Source: Escherichia coli
GTDB lineage: Bacteria > Pseudomonadota > Gammaproteobacteria > Enterobacterales > Enterobacteriaceae
Direction: 5' to 3' (one strand)
DNA length: 64,000 nt
Assembly (NCBI RefSeq): GCF_013122565.1
Contig: NZ_CP053258.1
A program made the position numbers and the translations under genes. The notes beneath the pieces are model-generated. The model made no database searches. It was not told the DNA's origin and was given only the letters and a program-made list of their open reading frames with translations. Shown here piece by piece: positions 27,287 through 37,896 of this stretch. How positions within the stretch are numbered: position 1 is the first letter of the stretch; each line of letters opens with the position of its first letter.

Positions 27287-29108
27287 GAGCCAACTCCCTG
27301 TGCCAGGAAATCAGTAGCCCGGTAGCTACCGCATTGCGCGGGCCTTCACTACCACGGATATTCCCCCGTCCGGCGACCAATCGATAATGCGCCAATGCAT
27401 CGGTGACTAACTGCGGGACTTCGAAATCCAGGGAAGAACCGCCCACCAGAACGACGAACGGAATATCGCGAATATTTCCGCCTGGACTTACCTGACGTAG
27501 CGCGCGCAGGGCATTGGTTACGAAGACGCGCTCTTTCGCACTGCGGCGAACAGCGCGTACTTTTTCCAGTGTTAAATCGCCGGGAATAGGCACCAGTTCG
27601 TCAGGTTTCACCACACAAACGCGGGCAAATACATGAGGGGACAGCGGAGTAGGGAAGAACTGAACGCTGCCGTCTTCATGGCGTAAATGGAACAGGCTTT
27701 CTACTTTTGCCAACGGGTATTTTTTGATTTCTTCTGCCAGATAACGATCATTTAAGCCCAGTTCCCTGGCAATAATCATCGTCACCATGTCGCCCGCTCC
27801 CGCAAGGTGAGTAGCTATCATTTCCCCTTTCTGATTGATGATGGAGGCATCGGTAGAGCCTGCACCTAAGTCCAGAATAGCCAGTGGACGTGTGGTTCCA
27901 GGGGTAGTCAAGGCCCCCTGAATGGCGGCTTCTGCTTCTGCGCCTCCGACCTGAACATCAACATGCAGTTTTTGCTTAATTTCACTGGCGATCATCGCCA
28001 TTTGCAGACGGTCGGATTTCACCATAGAGGCAATACCCACAGCCTGTTCCAGTGAAAATTCACCTGCCAGACCACCGGTTACGCTGACGGGGACAGAGGT
28101 ATCTATCGCCAGCAAATCCTGAATAAAAATTTCGTGGCTGGGTTTATTGGTCAGCTCCGCCATGGTCTGGCGAACATGTTCCAGCATACCGCCGATGTTG
28201 GTGCCTGGTTCTCCCGTCACGTTTTCCAGTTTTGGGCACTCACCGACCGCTTTCATAATGGCATCGGCACCAGCAGCTACATCAACGCGCGTTGTGCGCC
28301 CGGCAGAAAGCAGTTCGATATTTCCGGCGGGTATCGAACGGGCTTTAACGTCGCCAGAAGGCGTTTTCACTACCACTGCTGAACGGTTGCCGATTAGCGC
28401 CCGCGCGACAGGAACAATATTTTTAGTCTCTTCAGCATTGAGGGCGAAAACGGTGGCAATCCCATACGGGTTAGACAGGGTTTCGATAACTTTCCCGGGA
28501 ACGGCAACTTCAATTGCAGCCAGCATGCCGAGCGGAATACGATCGATGTAGAGGACTTCATCGACAATAGGTAGAGGAATTTCCAGACGGTTATTGACCA
28601 GTACGCCATCGTCGCGTTGCAGAATAACGCCAGTTAGCTGATATCCGGCGCGTACGGAGGCGTTCATCATCGTCGCGATATCGGCAAAATCAAATGCCGA
28701 TGACACCACCAGGATGTAAGGTGTGTCCGCCGGGCGTGTTAATAACTCTTGCGGAGTGATGGTGAGCCCTACGCCCAGCCCCACTCCGCCCGGAGTTTTC
28801 GGGTTGTGACCGATCATGGTTGATTCGGTGATGATAGTTTCAGTGATGGTTTCCATCGCCACATCACCAATGACCGGAGTTGCTTCGTTGATACGAATAA
28901 GCGAAATATCGCTAACATTGATGCCGACTTTTTTCGTTGCCTGTGCGAGCGCCTTCTGAATACCATGGACGTTACGCAACGTACCTTTGATTCCGGTGGT
29001 TTCCGCCAGGGCGCTACTCACGAACGATAACTCTCCAGATGCACTGAGCGTTGCCAGCGCTACCTCTGTCGATGAGTTGCCGATATCAATGCCTGCTATA
29101 TATCGCAT
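27276..29108 (-). CDS. pduG: diol dehydratase reactivase large subunit
   Basis: 610 aa, ATPase of the DhaF/PduG family (MRYIAGIDIGNSSTEVALA). Confidence 0.93.
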   Translation of the reverse strand: MRYIAGIDIGNSSTEVALATLSASGELSFVSSALAETTGIKGTLRNVHGIQKALAQATKKVGINVSDISLIRINEATPVIGDVAMETITETIITESTMIGHNPKTPGGVGLGVGLTITPQELLTRPADTPYILVVSSAFDFADIATMMNASVRAGYQLTGVILQRDDGVLVNNRLEIPLPIVDEVLYIDRIPLGMLAAIEVAVPGKVIETLSNPYGIATVFALNAEETKNIVPVARALIGNRSAVVVKTPSGDVKARSIPAGNIELLSAGRTTRVDVAAGADAIMKAVGECPKLENVTGEPGTNIGGMLEHVRQTMAELTNKPSHEIFIQDLLAIDTSVPVSVTGGLAGEFSLEQAVGIASMVKSDRLQMAMIASEIKQKLHVDVQVGGAEAEAAIQGALTTPGTTRPLAILDLGAGSTDASIINQKGEMIATHLAGAGDMVTMIIARELGLNDRYLAEEIKKYPLAKVESLFHLRHEDGSVQFFPTPLSPHVFARVCVVKPDELVPIPGDLTLEKVRAVRRSAKERVFVTNALRALRQVSPGGNIRDIPFVVLVGGSSLDFEVPQLVTDALAHYRLVAGRGNIRGSEGPRNAVATGLLISWHRELAHGK

Positions 29109-29117
29109 AGTTCGTCC

Positions 29118-29636
29118 TTAATCGTCGCCTTTCAGTTTTTTGCGCTCGACATAAAGTTCCGCAGCTTCACGGACAAATGCAGCACAAATTTGGGCCTGAT
29201 AACGCCGTTCAAGATCGTCAGCAATGGCAATAAGTTCTTGCTTAGTTGAACGATAAGGGCGTAACGCATTGTAGATTTCGAGGATGCGATCATCCGGTAC
29301 TGAGGTAAGCTCAGCGGCGCGTTCAAAATTCATCGCCAGACGATCGCGACCAGCATCTCTGGCAATCGCGGCCTGAATACGCAATGTTTCAGGGGTAATG
29401 CGCATATCCTGGGCGGTGACGTTATCGCTTAGCACATTTTCCAGAGTGAAATCGTCGAGCGTTTTATTGGTTGCTGTTTTAACCCATTCCGGATGTTTAT
29501 TTGCCAGCGGATAATCCGTCACTTTGGCGCTCTGTATTGACGCGCTGGGGACCGCAGAAACAGGAGCTGCATCCTGTAAACTGTTCATGCGGTTCAACAC
29601 GTCCCTGACCATCGACTCAATTGCATCGGTATTCAT
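29118..29636 (-). CDS. pduE: propanediol dehydratase small (gamma) subunit
   Basis: 172 aa; order C-D-E conserved. Confidence 0.93.
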   Translation of the reverse strand: MNTDAIESMVRDVLNRMNSLQDAAPVSAVPSASIQSAKVTDYPLANKHPEWVKTATNKTLDDFTLENVLSDNVTAQDMRITPETLRIQAAIARDAGRDRLAMNFERAAELTSVPDDRILEIYNALRPYRSTKQELIAIADDLERRYQAQICAAFVREAAELYVERKKLKGDD

Positions 29637-29650
29637 GAAGGTTTCCTTTG

Positions 29651-30319
29651 TTAAAACGTCACGCGCAGTTCTTGCGGTTTTTTGCCAGTGACCACGTACT
29701 TCGTCTCTTTAATATGCAAAATGGCAGATTTGGCTTGGTATTTCGGCCGCGCCATTTGATCGTTGAGGGTCGGCACTGGTTGTGGAGACTCACGCTTCGC
29801 ATAACGCGCGGCGTTTTTGCCAATCTGACGATAAGTATCCAGCGTCAACAAAGGCGCTTGTGGGAAAAGTTCCAGGTTAGACAAGGGAGGAAGCCCCTGC
29901 TGGTGGATAACCGTTGTGCCTTTCGACTGAATACCGATAGCAATACCTGAACCACTAAGACGATCGCCTTCGACTGCTACGAATGCGACATCGGACGATT
30001 TAAAGCAGCGAATCACACGGGCTTTAATACCTTCTTCTTCGATACCGGCAATTACTTCGCGCAAGATGTTTTTATGCGGAATACCGATGATATTGACGGT
30101 TTGCGCCAGGCCGAACGCCGGTCCTACAGCAATAATGACTTCATCTTGCTGAGTGCCTTGTTGGGCTTCGCCAATTTCGGTCAGAAAATTTCCGGTATCT
30201 GGCGCGAAAGAGGCAGTTGCAGAGACAGGTGCGCGAAATGAAACGGACTTGTCGCTGGTTTGCATTTCTGCCAGCACGTCTTCGATAATCTGACGCAGTA
30301 ATTTTTCGTTAATTTCCAT
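29651..30319 (-). CDS. pduD: propanediol dehydratase medium (beta) subunit
   Basis: 222 aa; N-terminal encapsulation helix ([19 protein letters not shown]). Confidence 0.93.
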   Translation of the reverse strand: MEINEKLLRQIIEDVLAEMQTSDKSVSFRAPVSATASFAPDTGNFLTEIGEAQQGTQQDEVIIAVGPAFGLAQTVNIIGIPHKNILREVIAGIEEEGIKARVIRCFKSSDVAFVAVEGDRLSGSGIAIGIQSKGTTVIHQQGLPPLSNLELFPQAPLLTLDTYRQIGKNAARYAKRESPQPVPTLNDQMARPKYQAKSAILHIKETKYVVTGKKPQELRVTF

Positions 30320-30328
30320 TTCTCACCC

Positions 30329-31993
30329 TTAGTCAATTTCGTTGGGATCAAGTGCACCGGGAATATTTTTGATCTCTTCCCAGCGTTCCCCTTGCAGGCG
30401 GTAACCTGTAGCCGGTCCGGCGTAATCATTGACGTCATTGACCGCAGAGAGCACTTGTCCGTCATCGACGATGATGGCTGAGGTATGGAGATAATCGCCG
30501 GTCAGTTTTGCTTTTTGCATGTTGAGCATGTCCTGGGCGACATCGGTAAAACCGCCTTGCGCCAGGGCTTTCACCACTTCCAGGCTGTTACGGTTTTTAT
30601 TGATAATTTCCTGGGCGAACTTAATGTCTTCTACGATGTTGCGCTCTGGCATATCTTTCGAACCGTGGGCATAGGTCGCCGCTTCGACTTCTTCATCGGT
30701 AATAGGCGGTAGCCCCATACCGGCAAAGACAGCCTGTAAAGCGCGAGCGGCTTTATTGCGGATAGCGATAACATCTTCTTCGCGTACTGGTCGCAGCCCG
30801 CCATCAACCTTCAGGTCACGCTGAATGACGTTGTAATCATCGAAGTCTTCAGCATCTTCGTTTGAACCAGCAAACATGTTGTCGTAGTTCGGCACAGCGG
30901 AAAAACCGGAAGAGATAAAGTCGGTACCAGGCAGAAACTGCATCAGGAAACGTGCGGTACGGCGCATATCCGAGTGGGTAAAGGTCTGGTCATTACTGGA
31001 GGCGCATTCCAGATCCAGCGATGAGCAAATTAAGTTTTCCGCTAATACTGCGCGGATGCCTGATGGCACAGCTGATGGAACACCGATGCAGCTTACCGAA
31101 CCATTCTGCAGGCCCTGAACGCCTGCGGCTTTGGTGATGTAAATGCAACGAGCCTCGAGATAAAGCATTGATTTGCCTTCCGCGTAACCCATCTGTACTT
31201 CAGAGCCGGAGCCGGAAGTAAAGCGCATTTTTAAGCCGCGAGACGCATAGGATGACGCGAGAAATCCTTTTGACCACGGGGTGTCATCGCCATCGGTGAA
31301 AACAGGTTCTGTACCATAGACAGAAATTGTTTCGGCGTAACAGGTGTGGCCTAACATACCGAGTTTCAGTTCGGTGGCTTCTTCCAGTGAACACTGGGTC
31401 AAGACGCCCGGACGTCCCACCTGTGAGCCGACCAGCAGGGCGATGGCGTTGAACGGGGCATAGCGAGCAACGGCAACGGTGGTTTCCTGTTCATCAAACC
31501 CGCGCCATGCGCCTTCAGCTGCGTCGGCGGCAATTTGTACCGGGTTATCTTTGACGTTGGTGACGTGAGCCTGTTGTGATGGTGTTCGACGGGCGCGCAT
31601 TTTCTGCATCGCCATCATCATCTCTACCACGTTCATCTGCGAAACAACTTCGACGATTTTTGCAGGCGTCATTGCTGTGGTAAGGGGAACGATATCGCTA
31701 CGTTTGACATTTGGATCGCACAACATATTGGCAAGTTTTACCGAATCCATCGCGATGACTTCTTCTGCGCGCGCGAGATTGATGCCGTAGCGGGCGATAA
31801 AGTGGTCGATCAGGTCAAACTGGCTGGCGGGTTTTCCATCCAGTTCGGTAACGACGCTGTTAACAATTTTGATTGACGGTTTAGGATCGTTCGGGCTTTC
31901 CATCGCAATGAAGCCTTCTTCAATCCACTCTTTAACGAAACCGTCCTGGTTGACCGGGCGTTTTGCCAGTGCTTCAAATCTTTTCGATCTCAT
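30329..31993 (-). CDS. pduC: B12-dependent propanediol dehydratase large (alpha) subunit
   Basis: 554 aa; diol/glycerol dehydratase large subunit family. Confidence 0.95.
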   Translation of the reverse strand: MRSKRFEALAKRPVNQDGFVKEWIEEGFIAMESPNDPKPSIKIVNSVVTELDGKPASQFDLIDHFIARYGINLARAEEVIAMDSVKLANMLCDPNVKRSDIVPLTTAMTPAKIVEVVSQMNVVEMMMAMQKMRARRTPSQQAHVTNVKDNPVQIAADAAEGAWRGFDEQETTVAVARYAPFNAIALLVGSQVGRPGVLTQCSLEEATELKLGMLGHTCYAETISVYGTEPVFTDGDDTPWSKGFLASSYASRGLKMRFTSGSGSEVQMGYAEGKSMLYLEARCIYITKAAGVQGLQNGSVSCIGVPSAVPSGIRAVLAENLICSSLDLECASSNDQTFTHSDMRRTARFLMQFLPGTDFISSGFSAVPNYDNMFAGSNEDAEDFDDYNVIQRDLKVDGGLRPVREEDVIAIRNKAARALQAVFAGMGLPPITDEEVEAATYAHGSKDMPERNIVEDIKFAQEIINKNRNSLEVVKALAQGGFTDVAQDMLNMQKAKLTGDYLHTSAIIVDDGQVLSAVNDVNDYAGPATGYRLQGERWEEIKNIPGALDPNEID

Positions 31994-32011
31994 AAATCTG
32001 CCTCAGAGAAT

Positions 32012-32824
32012 TCAGATGTAGGAAGGGCGATCGTTTTTCGGTGTATCGCCAAGAGTCGAAAGCACGGTTTTACCGATTTCGCGTGCGGAGATGACCGCCT
32101 GGCGGACTGCGCCGGAGTCACCCGAGATAATCAGAATGACTTCATTGCTGTAGCTGGTGCCTTGAGCGGGGGAGCTGTATGCCACAACATCCACATTGGC
32201 GGACTTCAGCGCGGTGTCGGCCATCAGAACACCCACAGCAGCCGGAGCGCCGACAATAACGCCGCAAGCCCGTCCCAATGGTGCACCAAACGCTTTTTCC
32301 AGTGCATAGCTGGCGCGGGCGGTATATTGCAGCTCAAGATGTCCGGCTTCGTTGGCATAGACATCGCCAAAGGTCCGATCGAGTTCTTTCAGGGCGACTT
32401 CAATACCGCGTTTCACGTCGGAAACATCGTTGCCACCTAAGAGGATCAATGAGCCATGCCCGGCACCGCCTTTAGTATCGCGAGGAAGTTCAATGCTAAT
32501 AACTTCAGTGTTGGTGGCTTTTACCGCTTCATCAGCGGCCATAATGTGTGGCCCTGCGCCAATACGCGCACCCAGAATGCCAATGGAACGATAGCGTTTT
32601 TCAAGTTTCATCGCGTCCAACAGGGCGCTATCAACGTTCGCAATGACCAGACCTACAGTGTCGCCAATAGCGGTGCCAACAAATTCTGTTAACGTGCAGC
32701 TTTTTTCTGCCATAGCCGTCTCTCGTATTTGATGAGTGGTTTTCGGGAGAACCTCATGCTCTGGCGTCGCTACGCGAGCGATGACCTGCGCCATGATCTG
32801 TTCGACCAGTTCATTGCTGCTCAT
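32012..32824 (-). CDS. pduB: microcompartment shell protein PduB (tandem BMC)
   Basis: 270 aa; tandem BMC domains. Confidence 0.93.
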   Translation of the reverse strand: MSSNELVEQIMAQVIARVATPEHEVLPKTTHQIRETAMAEKSCTLTEFVGTAIGDTVGLVIANVDSALLDAMKLEKRYRSIGILGARIGAGPHIMAADEAVKATNTEVISIELPRDTKGGAGHGSLILLGGNDVSDVKRGIEVALKELDRTFGDVYANEAGHLELQYTARASYALEKAFGAPLGRACGVIVGAPAAVGVLMADTALKSANVDVVAYSSPAQGTSYSNEVILIISGDSGAVRQAVISAREIGKTVLSTLGDTPKNDRPSYI

Positions 32825-33105
32825 GGGTTAATTCCCTTTGGTAAGATTTTTTCGACATCGGTATGTGGTCGGGGAATAACGTGTACGGCTTTTACTTCGC
32901 CGACGTTACGCGCAGCTGCGGCACCTGCGTCTGTTGCCGCTTTTACCGCCCCGACATCACCACGAACGATGACGGTCACCAGCCCGGAACCTATTTTTTC
33001 GTAGCCGACCAGCAAAACATTTGCTGACTTCACCATGGCGTCTGCGGCCTCTATGGCGGCAGTTAAGCCTTTGGTTTCTACCATTCCTAACGCTTCTTGT
33101 TGCAT
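32821..33105 (-). CDS. pduA: microcompartment shell protein PduA (BMC hexamer)
   Basis: 94 aa [30 protein letters not shown]...; first gene of the operon. Confidence 0.95.
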   Translation of the reverse strand: MQQEALGMVETKGLTAAIEAADAMVKSANVLLVGYEKIGSGLVTVIVRGDVGAVKAATDAGAAAARNVGEVKAVHVIPRPHTDVEKILPKGINP

Positions 33106-33617
33106 AAAGACCTCGTCTGGATTTTTTTGACGATATGACTATAAAAAAAAGCGAGGAAAAAGAATGGCTGACTTAATCGGCTAATGAGAAAAATTAATAG
33201 AGGGCAAATATTATAAAATTGCTTTTATGAACTATATGTTGTTAATTTATTAGTTGTTTTGTGGATATTTCAATGTGAATTAATTGCGTTGGCTGAGGAG
33301 GTTAATCGCGGATAAAATTTCGTTGGGTTTGGTTCGCGGAAGGGAATTGTGATATTTGTTTAAATTTTATTATATCATGATGACAATTTTTTATTGTAAA
33401 AGCTTGGCGGTAATTATTACTTTCAACACTGATTAACGCTGTGTTGCATGATTCTGCAATGACAATAATTTGTTATCTTAGCACGATTTTTACACGAGTC
33501 TGTCATGCATGTTGGCAATATTTTCTGCAGAGCAATTTTTTATAGTTGCGCTCGGTATACACAACAATCAGCGCATAGTTGGCTGATAAAGAAAAACTCC
33601 GTAAAGAAGGTGTCACT
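33106..33617. promoter_or_regulatory. AT-rich divergent control region between pduA and pduF (pdu and pduF-pocR promoters, presumed PocR sites)
   Basis: 512 bp non-coding, strongly AT-rich, separating the divergently transcribed pduA and pduF; individual promoter elements not resolved. Confidence 0.6.
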
Positions 33618-34427
33618 ATGAATGATTCACTCAAGGCGCAATGCGTTGCCGAGTTTTTGGGCACTGGACTGTTCCTCTTTTTTGGCATTGGTTGTTTGTG
33701 CGCCCTGAAAGTTGCCGGGGCAAGTCTGGGACTGTGGGAAATTTGTATCATTTGGGGGTTAGGGATTTCGCTTGCTGTTTACCTTACGGCAGGTATTTCC
33801 GGCGCTCATCTTAACCCGGCTGTTACCATTGCTCTGTGGCTGTTTGCCTCTTTCCCAGCCCGTAAAGTGCTGCCATTTTGTGTGGCGCAATTAGCGGGTG
33901 CCTTTGGTGGTGCGGTTCTGGCATATTCTCTATACAGCAATTTGTTTATCGATTTTGAATCTGCTCACAATATGGTGCGTGGTAGTGCAGAAAGTTTACA
34001 ACTCGCCAGTATCTTCAGTACTTATCCGGCAGCGGCGATTAATGTATGGCAAGCTGCGTTGGTCGAAGTGGTCATAACGTCCATGTTAATGGGGTTGATT
34101 ATGGCGTTGACCGATGACGGTAATGGCGTACCCAAAGGACCGCTTGCGCCTTTACTTATTGGTATTCTGGTTGCTGTTATTGGTGCTTCTACCGGACCAT
34201 TAACCGGTTTTGCCATGAATCCAGCGCGTGATTTTGGACCTAAGATTTTCACCTGGCTTGCGGGGTGGGGGGAAATTGCGATGACTGGTGGACGCAATAT
34301 TCCTTATTTCATTGTACCCATTATTGCACCGATCATTGGGGCATGTGTTGGTGCGGCGATTTATCGCTATCTCATTGCAAAGAATTTACCTGTCAATAGT
34401 GTAACGCCTAAAGAAATTAGCGAATAA
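33618..34427 (+). CDS. pduF: propanediol diffusion facilitator (aquaporin/GlpF family)
   Basis: Translation MNDSLKAQCVAEFLGTGLFLFFG... with two NPA motifs (HLNPAVT and NPARD). Confidence 0.93.
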   Translation: MNDSLKAQCVAEFLGTGLFLFFGIGCLCALKVAGASLGLWEICIIWGLGISLAVYLTAGISGAHLNPAVTIALWLFASFPARKVLPFCVAQLAGAFGGAVLAYSLYSNLFIDFESAHNMVRGSAESLQLASIFSTYPAAAINVWQAALVEVVITSMLMGLIMALTDDGNGVPKGPLAPLLIGILVAVIGASTGPLTGFAMNPARDFGPKIFTWLAGWGEIAMTGGRNIPYFIVPIIAPIIGACVGAAIYRYLIAKNLPVNSVTPKEISE

Positions 34428-34629
34428 CGAAATACTCTGGCAGTTATAAACGTTTATTTTTTTACTGTTTGTGATCTGCTTTCCGAACTTATTAAAAAGT
34501 CTCCCGCTTCACGGAGGCTTTTGTTATTGTCCTTTGTGCTTCTCGTCAGTAAATCATCAGGGATGATGTGAAGATTAAATGTAAAACAATTGTTTTGCTA
34601 TAACAATAAATTAACTGGGAGGTTTTATC

Positions 34630-35544
34630 ATGATTTCTGCGGCGACACTTAATTCAGAACTCATTAATAAAATCGCGCAGGATTTTGCGCAGGCGACCAG
34701 CCTTGCGGTTGTCGTGGTCAATATTCACGGCGATGAAATTTCCGAGCTGTTTAACTTCACTCCATTTTGTCAGATGATGCGGCAACACCCTCAGCTAAGC
34801 ACTCGATGTCGCATGAGTGATCGTTGTGGGGGCCTGGAAGCCTCTAAGTCCGATCAGCCTTGTATTTATCGCTGTCATGCCGGATTAACCGATTTCTCTA
34901 TTCCTCTGGTAATCGCCGGACATTTAGTTGGTTTTGTATTGTGCGGGCAAGTTCGTCTGCGTAATGATGATGTCGATTTGGTTGATATTCTGAATGTCGA
35001 TGATTGCTGGCAGGCAGATCCCGAATTACTTAATGAATTCCGCAAAGTCCCTGAGATGGATTACTCAAGAGTTATGGCCTCTGCTGATTTGTTGAAGTTG
35101 ATTGTGGAAAATTGCCTCAAAAAACAACTCAATTTTGTGGTTATTAAAGAAAACAAATCTCAGTCAGATTCGGTGCGCCAGACTCGTGCGCCTAATCCCC
35201 ACGACAATAAAATGAAAAAAGCTTTACGCTATATTGATGCACATTTATCAGACGATTTGCGTCTGGAGGATGTCGCCTCACATGTTTACCTAAGCCCTTA
35301 TTATTTCAGTAAGTTATTTAAGAAATACCATGGAATCGGGTTTAATGCGTGGGTAAACCAACAACGGATGGCCAGCGCTCGTGAGTTACTGTGCCATAGC
35401 GACTGGAGCATCGCCAGCATTGCGCGTAATTTAGGTTTTTCCCAAACCAGTTATTTTTGCAAAGTTTTCCGTCAGACTTATCAGGTTACGCCGCAGGTGT
35501 ATCGGCAGCAAGTGAATGAAAATGCGGCGATGGAAATGGTATAG
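34630..35544 (+). CDS. pocR: AraC-family regulator of pdu/cob (PocR)
   Basis: 304 aa; N-terminal PocR sensory domain and C-terminal AraC-type HTH. Confidence 0.93.
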   Translation: MISAATLNSELINKIAQDFAQATSLAVVVVNIHGDEISELFNFTPFCQMMRQHPQLSTRCRMSDRCGGLEASKSDQPCIYRCHAGLTDFSIPLVIAGHLVGFVLCGQVRLRNDDVDLVDILNVDDCWQADPELLNEFRKVPEMDYSRVMASADLLKLIVENCLKKQLNFVVIKENKSQSDSVRQTRAPNPHDNKMKKALRYIDAHLSDDLRLEDVASHVYLSPYYFSKLFKKYHGIGFNAWVNQQRMASARELLCHSDWSIASIARNLGFSQTSYFCKVFRQTYQVTPQVYRQQVNENAAMEMV

Positions 35545-35654
35545 AGTAAATGCCCCAAAAAAAGAGGACGGTTTAAATAAACTCTGGAATGAATAATTAA
35601 CGTTATTTACCTGTTATGGGAAAAGTAAAATCAGCTCATAACATACGCTGACAG

Positions 35655-35905
35655 GTGTGGCACATTTGTGCCTGGGAAGAGGGTGAAAATCCCTCGCAGC
35701 CCCCGCTGCTGTAATGCTGACAAACCCGAAAATGCCACTGATCGCGAGATTGGGAAGGTCGGGAGAGGATGACGCTAAGCCAGAAGACCAGTCTGTCAGT
35801 CAATACCAACAACTTCGGTGGGAAGTGGGTTGCCCGGAAGCGTTCGGTAGAGTACAGGCGCGTCTTTATACCCCTACCACCCTGAAAGGATCAGGGTATG
35901 GCGGC
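35655..35905 (+). promoter_or_regulatory. cobalamin (AdoCbl) riboswitch
   Basis: Conserved elements read directly: GGGAAGAGGGTGAAAATCCCTCGCAGCCCCCGCTGCTGTAA, GCCACTG...GGGAAGGTCGGG, and B12 box AAGCCAGAAGACCAGTC. Confidence 0.75.
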
Positions 35906-36028
35906 ATCATTTAGTTCTTTCATCGCAGTGCCGACAGGCACCAGGGATGCATTCAAGGTGTGGCAATATTGTTTCATGGCTTATCAACCAGAGCGCCATT
36001 ACAGGAAATTAAGTGGAGGGCGAGAGGC

Positions 36029-36466
36029 ATGAAAACGATAAAACCCGAATCGATAGCTCTTTTTTGCCTCTTATCTGGAGATGTGGATCTGGCGAAACAT
36101 CTGGCGGAAATATTGCCAATAACCTGTTTTGTTGGTGAGGACTGGCAGCAAGATTTCCAGCCTCTTAACGGTGGGCCTGTGCAATCGTTATCAGATGCGT
36201 ATAGCGATTATTCAGTGCTGCTATTGATAGCAGCTGAAAGCGAGATATCCGTACCAGAATGGCTCGCTCATTCTGAGGGAACGACGGTAATTTTGATTGC
36301 AGAACACAATGCCCGTTTACTGACTGGTCCGGCTGGTGGGGCTGTAGCATTAATCCATTATCTGAATGAAATCTGTCATTCCAGAGAAACCGCTGTCAAT
36401 GACGCATTTTGTCATACGTTAACACGAGGAAGTCGGGCTATTCCACAATGCCATCTTCTTTCGTAA
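36029..36466 (+). CDS. hypothetical protein downstream of the B12 riboswitch (ORF may extend to GTG 35960)
   Basis: ORF 35960..36466; internal ATG at 36029 is preceded by a GGAGGG Shine-Dalgarno; no family recognised by eye; sits where the cbi genes would be. Confidence 0.4.
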   Translation: MKTIKPESIALFCLLSGDVDLAKHLAEILPITCFVGEDWQQDFQPLNGGPVQSLSDAYSDYSVLLLIAAESEISVPEWLAHSEGTTVILIAEHNARLLTGPAGGAVALIHYLNEICHSRETAVNDAFCHTLTRGSRAIPQCHLLS

Positions 36467-36599
36467 TGGATTGAGAATGCTGGATTTTTAATTATATTAC
36501 GCGCAGTATTAATCGTGTAAATGTTTTGCGGTCAGCAACGGTGGGGGATCCATTGTTCTGTTCAATGAATACCATCATACAATTGAATCAGGAGTCGGT

Positions 36600-37145
36600 A
36601 TGATGATTTTGGTGACGGGGGGCGCACGGAGCGGGAAGAGTCGCCACGCAGAGGCGCTTATTGGGAACTCTTCACAGGTTCTGTATATCGCCACCTCGCA
36701 AATCCTTGATGATGAGATGGCTGCACGGATAGAACATCATCGGCAAGGCCGTCCGGCGCATTGGCGCACGGTGGAGCGTTGGCAACATCTTGATGAATTA
36801 ATTCATGTAGACATTAACCCGCATGAAGCTGTGTTGCTGGAATGCGTTACCACAATGGTGACTAATCTGTTGTTTGATTATGGCGGCGATAAAGACCCTG
36901 ATGAATGGGATTATCAGGCGATGGAACAGGCGATTAATGCTGAGATTCAGTCGTTGATTGCCGCCTGCCAACGTTGCCCCGCAAAGGTTGTATTAGTGAC
37001 TAACGAAGTGGGAATGGGGATTGTGCCGGAGAGTCGTCTGGCACGACATTTTCGTGATATTGCCGGGCGGGTAAATCAGCAGCTGGCCGCTGCGGCAAAT
37101 GAAGTATGGCTGGTGGTTTCGGGTATTGGAGTAAAAATCAAATGA
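36600..37145 (+). CDS. cobU: adenosylcobinamide kinase / adenosylcobinamide-phosphate guanylyltransferase
   Basis: 181 aa with P-loop GGARSGKS; matches CobU. Confidence 0.95.
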   Translation: MMILVTGGARSGKSRHAEALIGNSSQVLYIATSQILDDEMAARIEHHRQGRPAHWRTVERWQHLDELIHVDINPHEAVLLECVTTMVTNLLFDYGGDKDPDEWDYQAMEQAINAEIQSLIAACQRCPAKVVLVTNEVGMGIVPESRLARHFRDIAGRVNQQLAAAANEVWLVVSGIGVKIK

Positions 37146-37885
37146 GTAAATTATTTTGGGCGATGCTCTCATTTATTACGCGTCTGCCTGTACCGCGTCG
37201 CTGGTCCCAGGGACTGGATTTCGAGCATTATTCTCGCGGTATTATTACTTTTCCTTTAATTGGATTATTGCTTGGCGCGATTAGCGGGCTGGTCTTCACG
37301 GTGCTGCAGGCATGGTGTGGCGTACCACTGGCGGCACTGTTTAGCGTGCTTGTGCTGGCGCTGATGACCGGGGGATTCCACCTGGACGGCCTCGCCGATA
37401 CCTGTGATGGCGTATTTTCTGCACGTAGCCGCGATCGCATGTTGGAAATCATGCGTGATAGCCGTTTAGGCACCCACGGCGGTCTGGCATTGATTTTTGT
37501 TGTACTGGCAAAGATTCTGGTGTTAAGCGAGTTGGCTCTGCGTGGCGAACCGATCCTTGCATCGCTGGCGGCAGCATGTGCGGTCAGCCGCGGGACTGCC
37601 GCATTATTGATGTATCGTCATCGTTATGCCCGGGAAGAAGGGCTTGGCAATGTGTTCATTGGCAAAATTGATGGGCGACAAACCTGCGTCACACTCGGCT
37701 TAGCCGCTATTTTTGCTGCCGTATTATTGCCGGGTATGCATGGTGTGGCTGCTATGGTGGTGACGGTGGTGGCGATTTTCATCCTCGGTCAGCTTCTCAA
37801 ACGTACGCTGGGCGGGCAAACCGGCGATACGCTGGGAGCTGCTATAGAGCTTGGTGAACTGGTCTTCCTGCTGGCACTGCTATAA
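37142..37885 (+). CDS. cobS: cobalamin 5'-phosphate synthase
   Basis: Translation [21 protein letters not shown]..., polytopic membrane protein; start overlaps the cobU stop (ATGA). Confidence 0.93.
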   Translation: MSKLFWAMLSFITRLPVPRRWSQGLDFEHYSRGIITFPLIGLLLGAISGLVFTVLQAWCGVPLAALFSVLVLALMTGGFHLDGLADTCDGVFSARSRDRMLEIMRDSRLGTHGGLALIFVVLAKILVLSELALRGEPILASLAAACAVSRGTAALLMYRHRYAREEGLGNVFIGKIDGRQTCVTLGLAAIFAAVLLPGMHGVAAMVVTVVAIFILGQLLKRTLGGQTGDTLGAAIELGELVFLLALL

Positions 37886-37896
37886 AGAGACGTGAC

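Noticed and set aside
35960-36466. Assigning the ORF upstream of cobU as a cbiA/cbiP fusion remnant
   Set aside because: Plausible from position but I could not recognise CbiA or CbiP motifs by eye; reported as hypothetical instead.
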